Below are positions 24,573 through 37,900 of a DNA stretch of 64,000 bases, piece by piece; positions within the stretch are counted from its first letter, which is position 1; the number at the start of each line of letters is the position of its first letter. Origin of the DNA: Ramazzottius varieornatus (taxonomy: Eukaryota; Animalia; Tardigrada); contig BDGG01000006.1 in NCBI GenBank assembly GCA_001949185.1, positions 1,346,827 through 1,410,826 on the forward strand, in the 5' to 3' direction. The notes beneath the pieces are model-generated. The model was not told the origin of the DNA and ran no database searches. It worked only from the letters and a program-made list of their open reading frames with translations. A program made the position numbers and the translations under genes.

Positions 24573-25973
24573 CAGTCCACTCGTTCGAGATGTGTTACCT
24601 ACTTTCACGGTTTCAATTCTGGGTCCGCCATACATTCACCATAACGCATGGCAAGCCAGCATTCAAGATTATATAACATATACATATCACCCTGCTTCAA
24701 CCGATGTAATCAAGTAATCAAGTCGCATGCGTCTAGCTAAGCTGCGGCATGGCGAGCAGGCTCGTTACTTTCCCTGATCTTTCAGTTTTTGAACCCGTCA
24801 AATTAGGTCACACATCACGAACGAGTGGACTGTACTCGGAACCAGGAAATCTAGCTGGTGCTAGGCTTCCTTCGTTCTGTTACATCTTCAAAATTGTTTA
24901 CTTGCAACATAAATAGACTGCGATTCCAATAGAAAAAGAAAAAAATTAGTCCATCCTGCAGTTATAAGAACGAAATATCCAGCGTTGCAACTTGCATCTC
25001 TCGATGCTCGGCTGAACTTAGTGGCTACAGCAGCAAGGTGGAGTAACCCCTGTTTAATCCTGAGCCTCGCGGGACGGTGATATTCTTGAGCTAATGTAAC
25101 GTGCGCCAAGTGTCAGTAAACTCAAATCGCGTGGCACTCAGATTTACCGTCCATTTCGACTTTCCCATATTGTACCGCTGAGACAGACGCGAGATATATG
25201 GTAGAGCGCTCAAAGGCTGCGTCCCTGGTACCCCCGTTCGCATCGCGCTCCGGCGTCTTCACCGCCTCCGTGCTGTGGATTCGGAAGTCAGAGCTCGACC
25301 GCGGGCGTACGGACCTTGCCCCGCAACTTCGCTTCGAAGTGAAGGGAAAGAAAAGGTATTCTACTTTTCTTGACCGAAATATCAACCAATCAATCCGTCA
25401 GCGGTCCGTTGATTGCTGTAAAAATTCGTTACGTCCGCGCAATACGACATCCTACACGTGAAGTACAGCCACGGTCCGGCTTTACTGATTGCTCAACCCG
25501 ACGAGGGTGCATCGCCGCGTACTTGTACGTACTGCGCGGACGCAGCGAATTTCTACAGTAAGGAATATTTCGGAGGAAGAACGGTAAACAGTTCGGGGAA
25601 GAAAGGTGAAATTCTATTCCTTTTTCTCTACTTCACCTGGCCAATCTTACCTCTCACCAAGGATTGGATTTAAATAAAAGATCAATATTCGATCCAGCCA
25701 ACTCGGTAGTAACCCACCCCAAGTCCACGGACAAATCCAGTCAAATCTATACATTTGAATGTGCTTTTGTTTCTGCTTAACGTGCAAATCATGCGCACAT
25801 CAGCTGGTACTCTTTAATGTCAAGAATTCAATCAGGAATTGCGCTCAATCGGACATCCAAGCGGATGTAGAGAAAAGTGAGGTCCTCGCGATGCCGGAAA
25901 TCTTCCTTTTGCCTCTGTCAGAGATATCCTGCCATTTCAGTATTGCGAGTGGCACTTGGTGAAAATTCGTACA

Positions 25974-28504
25974 ATGAAGGGGAAAGCTCTTAGTTTTTTT
26001 ATTCTGCGCGGGCTGCTCGACCTGTGCCTTTCTTGGGCTCACACCGACCACGGTTCCTTGACACCGCAAATGAACATAATCATCCTGATTTTGGGCGAGG
26101 ACCCCAACTATGGGTATTACTCCACGGCGCCCATGTACGATGTGGCCTTCCAACACGTTGGTCAAATATTTCCTGGTCTATTCGCTAACACCACGCGGCA
26201 CGTCCTGTACAAGAAAAACGTGTTGGACTGTAGCTCTGCAGCCGCAAACATGGTGGAGCTGATGGGCCAAGTAGTCGCCAGAGTGGATCATTCTTCCGGT
26301 CCGACCGTCCTGTTTTCACCGGGCTGCAGCCTGGAAGTGGGACCTCTGGCTGATCTGGCTCGCGGTAGGTGCGACTAACCTTGTCATTATTTTAGCAAGA
26401 ATCGCAAGAACAGAAGGACGTTTTCTTATTGCTTTTCAGAAATGGATCTTCTCCTGTTGGCCAGGTAAGCGAAGGCCTTATCTAAATTCGATTATCAGCA
26501 CCTCTTTACCCATCTCTAAACCTCTATTCTGGTCGTGTTTCTAAGTCTGTCAGCATGCTAATCCTATATGGGTATAGTACCTCGTCGGATGTGGCTTTCA
26601 TGAACAAGCAGCGCTTTCCCACCTTTGTCTCCTTCTGTCCCACGGGAAAAGGTGGCCAAGTGCCGGGTCTGATCCTCTTTCTGAAAAAGTACGGTTGGAC
26701 TACCATCTCCGTTTTCTGCGAAGCATTGTCCAATTACTTCAATGTTGCGTCGGTCTTTGGCCTGCATTGTCGAGCTATCAAAAACTTATTGATAACGCCA
26801 TCTTCGGGCTTCACTGTATATTATCAGGACTTTGATTCTGTACGAAATTCCGGTCCAGATATTTTTCGCAACATGCTGCTTCGGGCACAGTTTCAGAGCC
26901 GAAGTAAGTTGCGTGGTGTACGAGCGCCACTTCGGACGGTTTTCATCCTTATCAAATTGCAGTTGTTGTGGTGGAGTCACGCGAAGACATAATACGTCGG
27001 TTTATGGTATGTTTCATGTGGTCGCGATCGGCACACAAGTGCTATGATTTCTCTGGTTTTTGTCATTGTTTTTATAACTGTGAATCTGAGGTCTTGGTAG
27101 AAGGGGAACCGGGACAAATTTTGCGCCTGCCCTCGGAACCACTATGTTTTGTCACCTGTGATCTTTACTCTGCGGTACAGAAGCTAGCAGGTGTTTACTT
27201 TGCAGATTCAAGCGTATTTGCTGAATATGACCAACGGAGACTACGTAAGCATGGACGAAGAAAGAGCAGTTCACACAACGAGCTTTATGTTTGGCTGGCT
27301 TTTGCAGATTTTCCTCTATCCAGAACCAAACAAAATCCCATCCTACATCAGTCCGCTGGCTCAAACAGACGATCCTCTCGACCAGGTTCTGTCTGTGCAA
27401 TGAAGCTCGCTGGTCCGCTGCGTCCAAGCTAATGGGATGTTCTATTATTGTATTGATAGTTTGCACCAGAAGCGTATAAAGTGTTAATCTTACTGCAATT
27501 CGCCGATTGGGAAAGTCCACAAACCGCCAAAATATTTCAACAAGTGGCCCAAAAATCAGCGGCAAATTACAATTATACCTATCGCCCGGACGAACTGGTA
27601 AACAACCTGAATGATATTATGCTATCGTTTATGCACAATGGTTATAAATACCAAATAATAGCTAATGGTGGTACTGTATAGGTCAACGATGACTCGCTCG
27701 CTGCTTATGAAGCAGTCGACGCCTTTGCAATGGTATGCACCTTGATCAATGTTGAACGCAACGGTGTTCTGCTGATCCATCCTAATTTACTGCCAGAGAC
27801 ACTCTACTTCGATCTACCGTAGGTCTTCCAGGAAATCATGTCTCTCAAACAACGGACAAGTACGGCCAACTTTCATCGACGTCTGATAAATCGAACATTC
27901 GTGACGAACACCAGGAACGTCACAATCGGGGCAGACGCCTATCGGCAAGTCAACACACTATTCCACCGGTTCGACCCACCGTCACAGAAATTTGAGGTAC
28001 AGTAACCCTAGAAGACTTTCGCTGTTGTGACTGATCTTCGCGGTATCTATGGATTTTTGGTGTTTAGACGGGATGGATCTACAATTCACCTGCAGCCCGA
28101 ATCGAGACTGTCAACGTGGAAGTTGCCAACAGATGGCACGGTCGCACTGATCCGCCGCCGGCTTTACCGCTTTGTGGGTTTTACGGTCAACTGTGCAAGG
28201 ACGCTAACCTTGGACAGGAGACTTCCAAGTTGCTGGCTGGTGTAATCACCAGCATTTGTTTACTTGCAATATTCGTCGGTTCCGTCATCCACAGGTACGA
28301 TCGTTTCTCCTGCAATGTACAGAAGAAAGTAAGGAAAGAAAGCTAATGATCACCTTCGTTTCTGAACGATACTTCTGTTGTAGGATATCTCGCTCAAATG
28401 CCTATGACAATGCGGGTGGACGACGTTGGTTGTTGGAAGGCACATGCCTTTTGCTTCGGGCAGACACCCGAAGTATGAGAAGAACAGGAGCAAGTTGGAG
28501 ATGA
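25974..28504 (+). CDS. ANF-receptor/rGC-type ectodomain single-pass receptor lacking kinase and cyclase (copy 2); 11 exons, apparently intact
   Basis: Signal peptide, then APMYDVAF, FSPGCS, RFPTF, KKYGWTTISVFC, NMTNGDY, NRTF and juxtamembrane PPPALPLCGFYGQLC. After the TM there is only a ~40-aa tail (…RRWLLEGTCL…ASWR*). All exons splice in frame. Confidence 0.8.
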
Positions 28505-28731
28505 GCAAGAACATAATGATTGTACCATCGCCCAAAGTTTTTCCGGCGATTTGTGTTATGGATCAGACTGGTTCCCTCTTGGTCAAACACTGTTCAAGTC
28601 ATCTCGTATGCTTTTGGTCGTCCGTCGTAGAAATCACCACAAACGAACTGTTGTTTAAATCTGTTTCCATCTGAATAATTTTATTTCTGCATCCGCACAA
28701 CGCAATTGCAAAAACCGCCAAACAGTTCTTG

Positions 28732-29650
28732 TTATTCAAACTCATTCAGATGTTCTCTTGATTTTTCCGTGTGCCACCAGCCTTCACCGGCTTGCTCTGG
28801 TGCGAGCATGGCTAAGCTAGGGGAATTTACATCAAAGTCATCAAGGCTGCTACATTTGCACATTCCCTTTCCTTCGATACAGTAACAACAATGATAACTG
28901 TTCCGTATTTGCGAGTCGGTAGGGTTAAGATCGTGATGACTGGCAGCAGAGACGAAGTCGGATTTGTGAGGGCCTAAGAGTTGACCGTTGTTGTCCGAAG
29001 CGGCCACGGAGCCACCTCGCGGGGGACACGCTGCGCCAGAGTTATTTCGGTATCTCTGTAGAACCTGAGGTCGGTTGGCTGCGCGGGATGAATCTGAAAT
29101 ACGTCTGGTTCCGGTATCCTTACCTTGAGCACCGGCGCCAGCGTTTCCCGTTATCGCCTGTCAGAATAGCTGTTTATAAGCATCGTCTAAATCCGGGGCA
29201 GAATAGATAAGGCTGGATGCAGTATTATGTTGAATGCTAGTATACGTATTACTGTAGGTGGAACTAGAACGTGGAAGTAGCATTCAGACGATAGGTGGCG
29301 CTCCTTCGATTTAAGACACTGATCGACCGGAAATCCAACATTGCCAAACTTGGTGGTAAATCATAATTTACGTGCCTCTGAAAACTTACATCTTTCTGCC
29401 GGTTAAAGTAATCCGCTGCGTAACAGATAAATTCATTCGGGTCTCCTGGAATGTGGTCCCTGTACAAGTACGAAGACAGCGCGTCGGACAACGAGTGAAC
29501 CAAAGTGAAAGTGTATTGTAACGATAAAGCCTAAACGTTCGCACTAGGTATCGTTTTGACGTACATGATGAAGCTCCTGACAAAGGCTTTGAGTTCTTGG
29601 TCGACCGCTCTAGGCAGCGCAACGGACGGAATTTTGCCTTTGTCCGACAT
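28732..29650 (-). CDS. RIIa-like dimerisation/docking (D/D) domain protein without cNMP-binding domains; 3 exons
   Basis: Splicing gives MSDKGKIPSVALPRAVDQELKAFVRSFIM/DHIPGDPNEFICYAADYFNRQKD/AITGNAGAGAQGKDTGTRRISDS…HCCYCIEGKGMCKC…EFE*. The N-terminus matches the RIIa pattern (P…L..F…P.D…FA..YF..). Confidence 0.6.
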
Positions 29651-32600
29651 CTTTGAGAAAGCACGGCAAGAGAAGGGTACGAGTTCCAAGCGTTGGATCG
29701 GCCAAATTACTACAGCCAAGGAGACGATAAAGTATTACAAAGAATTTTACAGTAACGGACACTCGACACGTCAGCCGAGAAGAAAGTTAAAAGGATCGAT
29801 AAAGGTAGCCATTAGTATCCAAGTGGAGTGAACGAAAAGGTCATTGTAGGGGTCAAGTTGTGCATACAAGAGGGCGATTTTCAAAGGGAAGCGAGAATGA
29901 AAAGGCTAGAAATGGGAAAAGGTACTCGGCGGTGCTGCAGCGGAATGTCCCTCTCATTACGTCCGTTCTTTGTGACGGTAAGGACAGGAAACGCTATGAC
30001 TAGCACCAGTACAGTGGGAGAAACACCATCAGGGGAATTCCTGTGCGGGAGTTGTAAACAGCTCTTGTTTGACTTTGTGTTTCTAGCTTTATGAGCTCGC
30101 TACGAGATACATAATCGTGGCAATGGTAGTAAACCAGGCACCCAGGAGCTTCTATTTCCTAGTCGAATGGTGCTAGGTTACATGACAGGTTACCTCATTC
30201 ACTGAAATTCACGTGAAAGAAGAAACCGCGTGACGTCAAGGTATTTGGAGTGTAAAGGATCGACCGGGGCCACATGCATACTCTAGGCGCGTGAATTTCG
30301 AAAAACTTTCTCATGGCCAAGGCTGCTAGGATTTACACTAGAAGTGTTGATTACAGGAAGACGTGCGCGGCGTTGCATTGTAGCCTCGGTATCTTCGCCA
30401 CAGCGTGGTTCAGTCGCTGTACCAAAGACCGTGAAAACAAATGGATCATTTCCCCATAATTAAAGAACCACTTCCTTCTCCGTTATCCGTATGTGTGCAG
30501 TACGACTTTTGCACTTAAATATCCCACCAGGCCGTCGCGGTTCTCACGCAATTTTCTTGTCGCTTGGCTGGAATCTACCCAGCGAACCTCATTATTACAT
30601 CGATCGTGGTGTGGCAGTATACAAAGCCTACATTCCGGCTGTCTTTTATTGCCATACGACAAGAGGTCCAACCGGATCCCCTCTTATTATTCGCGGTCGC
30701 AGCTGGCAACACTAGGAAAAACCAGCGAAAAGATTTTGCATAACGATTTTTTGAAGAGATGGGTTAAAGTTTTTTTCGGTTTTATATATAGGTACGTTGC
30801 CGATGCTTCCTGTAAGCATAGAACGTTATAGAACGACGGAATATTATGTTTCGGCTATAGTCTGGTGTGTCTTTTTTCACCGCTTGAGGACAGATGGGTA
30901 GACTTTACATATGGGATGACGATCGTCGATCGGAGTCAGGCTGACAGTTATTGTGTGTTTAAGACTTTTTGCCACTCGAGGTCTCGGCAAATATTTACCC
31001 ATAATACTTGGCGTGATTACTGCTCCAGATTAACGCTGCCCCGATTCCTCGAAGATAAGCCTTCTCTCCAGATTCTAAAACAACAACACAATCGACTTCT
31101 TTATGAAACCATACAGCCACTGAATCGTACCACTACTTTACGGTACAAACCTGCTCGAGCAGTGAGAGGAATCAAGCTATTCCGTTAGGACTATCCCTGC
31201 TAATTAGCTTTGCACCTTGCTGGGATAATCCGGCTACTGCATTATAACAAACACGCCCGACTGATTAAGAATAAGCGACCACCGCTATGGCGGCCTTCTG
31301 TTGCGTCCACAGGCGTGATCCTGGAGATCTCTAAGTTGCTGTACCGTGAAAAGCGTGCTGTGTATCGTTGTGCGCAATGTGGACTACTTGTTACGCCGCC
31401 ATTCTCCTCGTCGGCTCTCTGGATAGGGACGATGAGAGAGAGAGAGAACGGACGAGCCATACGGTGTAGTTAGCGCTTGAAAAGCGAAAAGTCCAACTCT
31501 CAGCCTAAAGTCCAATACGGTCGAGCAGACTATCACAATGTGTGCTTAACAGAGCGAGCCAGATCGCTTCCTGTCGCATCACTCCTCCACGCCCACTTTA
31601 TTCGACGCGTTCCGGTAGCTGGCCCAGTTCTTGGGCTAGAGGAAAAACCTCCTGTAACAAAGGAAAAGATTTCGCTTGGTCATTCCACATCTGCATACGA
31701 GAATGCGTCCAAAGTATTTTGGGCTGGATTTGGCCTTTTATGACATCAAGTTGTTCAAAATATCAAACTGTACCAAAGGTTCAATTTGGGGCACTTTCGG
31801 GCGGTAATGAAGACCAAACGATTGGCTAAAAAAATGGAGATCATTTATCGAAAATCACAGGGGTTTTAGGGGCTAGTCTTACTGTCAGCAGTTCAGCTGA
31901 AGACGCGCACCAGCAAGCACTTCCGGTGCATATCGTCTGTTGGCTACTGGTAATTGATTGGTTGATTAAATTTGGCTGCACATTGCGTATTTCGACCAGT
32001 GCGCGTGCCGATTAGTCCGCCACATAGATTTTCAACACTTTCAGTTACCTCCTTGTAACTTTTGACCTGTGGTCAGAATCCAATTCTGAGTTCAGATTCG
32101 TGTTTCTCAAGGTCTGTTTGACATAGGTGCATCTCCGGCTAAAGCTTTTTTTTGGGGTCCGAGAACATTAGAACGTTTTCCTGAACCATTGGGTCAGACC
32201 TGCTTTGGACGCGTTCTCGTATTGTGTTGTTATCCTTTCGTTTCAGAACTGATACAAAAGTGTCCCGCATTTTAGCCAAAAACCGAGAAGCCACAATCAC
32301 AGTACTTGTACTATTGGTTGTTTTAATTTTCATAGAACATAATAGCGAAGTCAGAGTTTTGCTCAGTCCTGAAAATTTGGTGGGTCAACTTCAGAATTCA
32401 TGAGTTGTTTATTTGAGCCAGTTCCGGTATTGAGCTGTTGTTTTTCGATCTGTCTTTGGTCACACTGTGCTGTCACTCAACATAGTTTGCCTGTTTGAGC
32501 TTTGACTTTGCCGTATAGATGATAGAATTGAAATTCGTTGGTGGTTGACCCATTGCTAAACTGGACCAACTCATGCAAACGTTTTCTTGCCGGTACTGTT

Positions 32601-34940
32601 TATGTCCATGTGGTTGACTTGAGTGCCGAGGCCGCCGCAAGCCTCCAGAGACGACCACAGGTCTCTGAAGGGGCCTCTCTCCCACTGTCCGCTCTGTGAT
32701 CAAAATGAGCGTCGAACACTGCTTCCATGATTGGGTATTGTGGGCGATTGCGGCTTGTGTTGAATATTCCCCATAACACTTTTGATCTGACGAGTTTATG
32801 CGATATCATGTGGCTGTCTCGATCCAGCTCTAAACCCAGCTCTAAACCCAGTTCCAACTATGCCGGTACGTATGCTGGAAACGTGTGTGCACAGCACTTG
32901 TCAGCATCTCTAAGCTTAAGGTCATTCGCGTTACCGCATACAGTATAAAGACATGGTCGGTAAATCTGAAGTACGGGCTCATGAAAACCGATTTTAAGTC
33001 AGTGGAAAATGGGAGGCTAGTTTTTGCTGGCTTTCATTGGATCAGAAGAACCCACAGTTGGTGGGCAAGGATTTTCTTACAGAATAATCTTGATGGTCAT
33101 TAATTCCGATTGGAAGAATTTGCCGCCATGCTGTCACATCCACTTTGCGGTGTTTTTGTTTGACGCTACAGGAGTCGTTGCAGTTTGGGCGGTTGGTTTT
33201 TGAGGTCTTCTGCTGCTTTACGCTAACAGTGTTTTACTGTGAAAGAGGAAATGGAAGGCATGTCGGAAATCGATGGACGATGATGTAAGGCGTGTTTATG
33301 GGCGAATGATTGGGAGCAGTGGTATGGCGAGCGAGCCCTGGGAATTACTCTGCAGTGTACTAGTCACATCACTTCACTGTGATCATTTTACGTGCATGTT
33401 ACTCTTGGGTAAACTGGATGAAAGAGCGGCCACAAACTTCACTGTTTGAAAGTACTGCGTGTTTGATAAAGCTTCCTTTTTTGTTTTAGCCCCATCGAGT
33501 TGAAGTAATGCTTGTGTTGCGTGAAGGAAGCTCATTTGCCAATCATGACACATTGTGCGCCTTGTAATGGCGGATCACGTCCGTGTTCTCACCTGCTTCC
33601 TAATTACGCTAATGACATGCTTGATGATTCTTCCACCGGATTTCGCGTGCGTTGGCCCTAATCCCAGTTGAGCTATAACGGAATAGATCTTTTGGAAGAA
33701 AGAAACGCGGACTGAAGGAGGTTTGGTACGTCTTACGGTCTACACATCTCCCTAAGTTTCCGTCACTGTGCACACCGCACTGCGTTTACTATACTTCTTC
33801 CTTGTTTTTCTCACGTCAAGAATGCAGTTATTTGGCTAAATGATGTTGGTAGTGGATGTGTCTGGTCATCCAAGCTACTTTGATTACGGGTTCGCCTGTC
33901 GCGAGTTTTTGCGTTAGAAAATCTGAAAATGACTGGTAGTAGGACAGGTGTAAATACTCAGAATATCTACTCATTTGATGCTGAAATGCCGGGGTTCATG
34001 CTATTCGTTTCCTGGGCGGCATCGTAAAGAAACGCTGTGATCCACGAGGTTGCTGGGTCGTGGATTAGACGAGATTTCCAGTGTGGATAATTATGGTTCA
34101 CCGGAAACCCTACAATCCTTTGTGGATCCCGGTACAGTCACAAAACTGGGTGTACTGAGATCCCGGAGCACACCCTTGTGTAGCACAGCTGAGAATCAAA
34201 CCTATGGATTAAGTACAGTAAGACAGCCCGACTGTGTACATGTGGAATAAGAGCGAAAAATCCGGACAGGTATCGGATCAAGTAAAATTCGAAGTACAAA
34301 GCCCAGTCGTCTTTTTTAGCTGAGGAATAAAGTAAATAGTATATTTATGCAGAATAAACTGGGAGGCCGTAAGCAGGCAGGATAAAGTAGTCTGCAGGCC
34401 CGTGTTTACGGCGTGTGGTGCGGAGACGTGTCACATCCGGCATCCTACGGTTTCCGGCTGACGTCCCGCTGGGTCCTGCGCACTAAGGGACCATTGTTTT
34501 GCCTAAATACGCCTGCTCCTTGTCACATTACGCAAAGTACAGGTCTTTGAAGCTTCGACACGCGTACGGAGGAGGAGAAATGCACTTTATGGATTTGCCG
34601 GGGAAGGCAAACGATCATAAAGCGATAAAAGCCCAAATTCCTGTTGGCGTTAAACAAATTAGATTAACCACCGCAATTGCTACTGCCTAAAAGCGATACA
34701 ACTCCACCTCAATCAACAAAAATTATCTTCTAATTATTGAACCCACACATCAGCTTGGGGTGGTCGATCTCTTTTTTTAAGCACTGTGTCTATGCTACTG
34801 TGTTTGTTGTTTACCGGCTTTTTCCTAATTCCGTTCTGACATGGTCTCGCGGAATCTTATTCGACTTGTTTCATGTCTAAAAATTTTTCTTACCCCTTCT
34901 ACATTCTTTTTTCAGATACCTGACTGATCGGAAATTAAAG

Positions 34941-37900
34941 ATGGCGATCTGGAAGAGGAGGCTGAAGTTAGACGACTTATATCGGGCACTGCTTTTTTCC
35001 GTATATTGTTCCTCGGCTCTGATTCATGCAGAAAATCTGGACCAAACATCTTCCAAGAGAGAAAGCTTATTAAAATTTATATTCAGTGGAGAAGATGGGT
35101 CATTCGCCCAGTTGAGCGATTGGCCTCTCACCACTGGTCCCTCCAGCATTAACTGGACGCTAAGCTTGGATTTCCGGACAAATATTTCATCAGGCGTATT
35201 GCTGTACGCTTCGGCAACGAGAGGCACCGCTAACACCTATGCCGGACAAAGCCACTCCACTTTCCTCCAGCTACGCCTCATCGCCTCCCAACTTGAACTT
35301 TCCATTAAAACAGCCGACCATGTGGAAAGTAAACAGCACCACCACTCTCACAAAAAAGGTTCCATTACTCCACCGGAAAACAACGTCCCAGAAAGCTTCC
35401 AAAACATCGTGCTGAAAGTGGGCATACACCTGAACAACAATCAGTGGCACACTATCCTGGCCAGGAAAAAAACCAACATTATTGAACTTTGCTTGCAAAC
35501 CATCGGCGATATCTCAAGCGAGGACGTTTGTGAGTCCACAACGATGGCTTCAACGGACAATATCTTCCGGACCAATTCCGGCGAACATCTTCGAGTTTTC
35601 CTCGGCGGACTACCGTTGAACTACTCCACGCATTTCAGCGTGCTGGCGAACCCTTCTGTTGTTTTCGAACCGCGCATCAGAGGAGAAATCCGTAATGTGG
35701 AATATTCTGGATCAAGGAAGTTCGGAAGGACAGTGGTCAGTAAAAGCGGAGCGGTGGTCGCAGAACGGATGCCGGCGTTGTGTGAACAAGGTACGGGGGT
35801 GACCAGTAGTAACTAAGCGTGAAGGGGGAAGAGCTCAGTGGCAATGGTCATAATGAGGCCAGAAATCAATCAGTGCTAGTCACACTTGTCAAAGGAAGCC
35901 AGAAGAGGACAGCTAACATGCGTTGAGTAATGCGTTATCTCATTCGGCCATATTGCTTGTTGTATTGTGTATCCCGGTACAAACCATGATGGGTTTCATA
36001 CGGTAGACATGTTTGCTTTCCAAAGTGGAACCCAAAGTGAGAAATCGTGTTTTTAGTATGCGTGGCAAATTTATGAGCAACGAAAGTGTGAAGTGAGTTT
36101 ATAACCAGGGTAATTAGTTACGCTTCACCCAGTCGTCCCAGATCTACGGAGAACTTCAGGCAACACGTTCCGAAACAACACCGTCCGGAAACTACATATA
36201 TCTTCGGAAAGCATAGACTTTTCGAAGATGGTTTTCGGGGAAGATTTTTGAGGTGTTGTAGCTTGGGCGTATATGAAAATATAGGCAGCTAGTACCTCTT
36301 ATCTAACATCCCAAATTCCAATGGACAGAGTAAATATGGTGGGATAAGGGCTACTCAGAGGAACGTAGATAGTTGGAGATGTAAGACGACTTGGGATGTT
36401 AGTCAATTTGTCATCACGGAGAATGGACAATTTGATAATGAGGTATTAGCATAACAAATTAGAGTAATGTGTCTGTGCTTGATCAGTTGAGACGGGGTTA
36501 AGCTCTGCACTGCAAATGCCTCATAATTATGGATTATCGTTCTTCCGCATATCCGTCCCAATTCCGCACTTCGACCGCGTACCCATTGCGTAGTACTGTA
36601 GGGTTCCTCGTTGACTTACTTGGGCAAGAAAGGCCGGAGATATTTCCATCAACTCAACGAGAATTCTTCTGCAATTACGATTTTTCATATTCTGAGAACT
36701 AGAGCTGAGAGTCTTGCAAACGTATATAACTGATCAAAATTCTGTAATTGGCTAGGAAATTTTTCAGCTCCGTGGCTGACGAGAGGTTGTGAAGCAGGTT
36801 GGCGTTTCAAGAGATTGCATGTGGACTGTTATTGTAGAAAATAGCAGGGAGAGTAGCATGTTTGTAGTGTCAAAACTACAGTGCGATAATCATATTGGAG
36901 CACTACTTGATGCCTAAAGTAAACATCAACACTTTGCGCAAAATATCTCGGAAATGCCTCTATCGAGCTACTGATGGCGAAGACCTATTTTCCGCCTTAC
37001 ACTCTGGGTTTTGCTCCCGACGTTCAGGCCCCCAACCATTATCGTACCATCGGCACTTCAACTTCCGATGGCCTGAATATTCTGCCCATGAATTATTTTT
37101 CTCTTCTCGAAACTGCTCAAAGATGTCGCACTACCTTGCCGCAGGAGTTTAAAGTGTGCCCACTCGTATTATACAAAAAGCTTAAAATCTCTCGCACGGT
37201 TACTTGTTCGAAGGACAAGCCATTCTTCGGAGAATTGCGGATATCGTGGCCAAGAAGAACAGTAAGGAAATTCGGTACGATGTAAGGGCTAGCTTTCAAG
37301 GGATTTGGTTACAGCATTGCGGTGTGCCCATGCGCGACTGATCCGTTTCAGACTTACCGAGCGCTGAAAAGTAGCCACTTTTTGATCTAATAATATTTGC
37401 TGCTCACATGGAATCTGGCCATAGTTCAAACTCATAAAGAAGACTGGTCAATGGCATATGTCTACACATAAGAGACATGGCAGAACGAACAAAGGGAGAT
37501 GCGTGTCGGATAGTTGGGCGGATGGGTATCCCGGCTCTAATCCGAGGCACGCTTCATTAGGTGCATTCTGAGCAGAATGGCAATATGGCTGCTGCTTTGC
37601 ATAGAGAAGACCCTTTCCAAATCACTGCCGGTCATCGCATCAGCGACTCAATAATGCGCTCTAATTATTCATTTCTAGCCTTTTGTATGGCATGTTTCGT
37701 ATCCGAAACTATATATGACCATCGCCGGAGGGATGAATAGCGCCGCTGATATGAATCTCGGGTGTACCACAGGCATTCATGGCTGGTGCTTATCAACTTT
37801 ACTGATTTGACCCAGTACCGCTAATTACACCATACAGAAAACTAGCGTACGCTTCAGAAGATTGCAGCAAACTCCAGAACCTACAAAACATCGTAGGAAG

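Noticed and set aside
32824-32857. Short tandem CCAGCTCTAAAC repeats (also CATTGTA x3 near 50307-50331)
   Set aside because: Simple minisatellite-like repeats with no spacers; not CRISPR or otherwise informative.
30100-34900. Numerous short ORFs upstream of neurexin
   Set aside because: No domains or consistent exon chain; probably 5' UTR introns, regulatory DNA or repeat debris.
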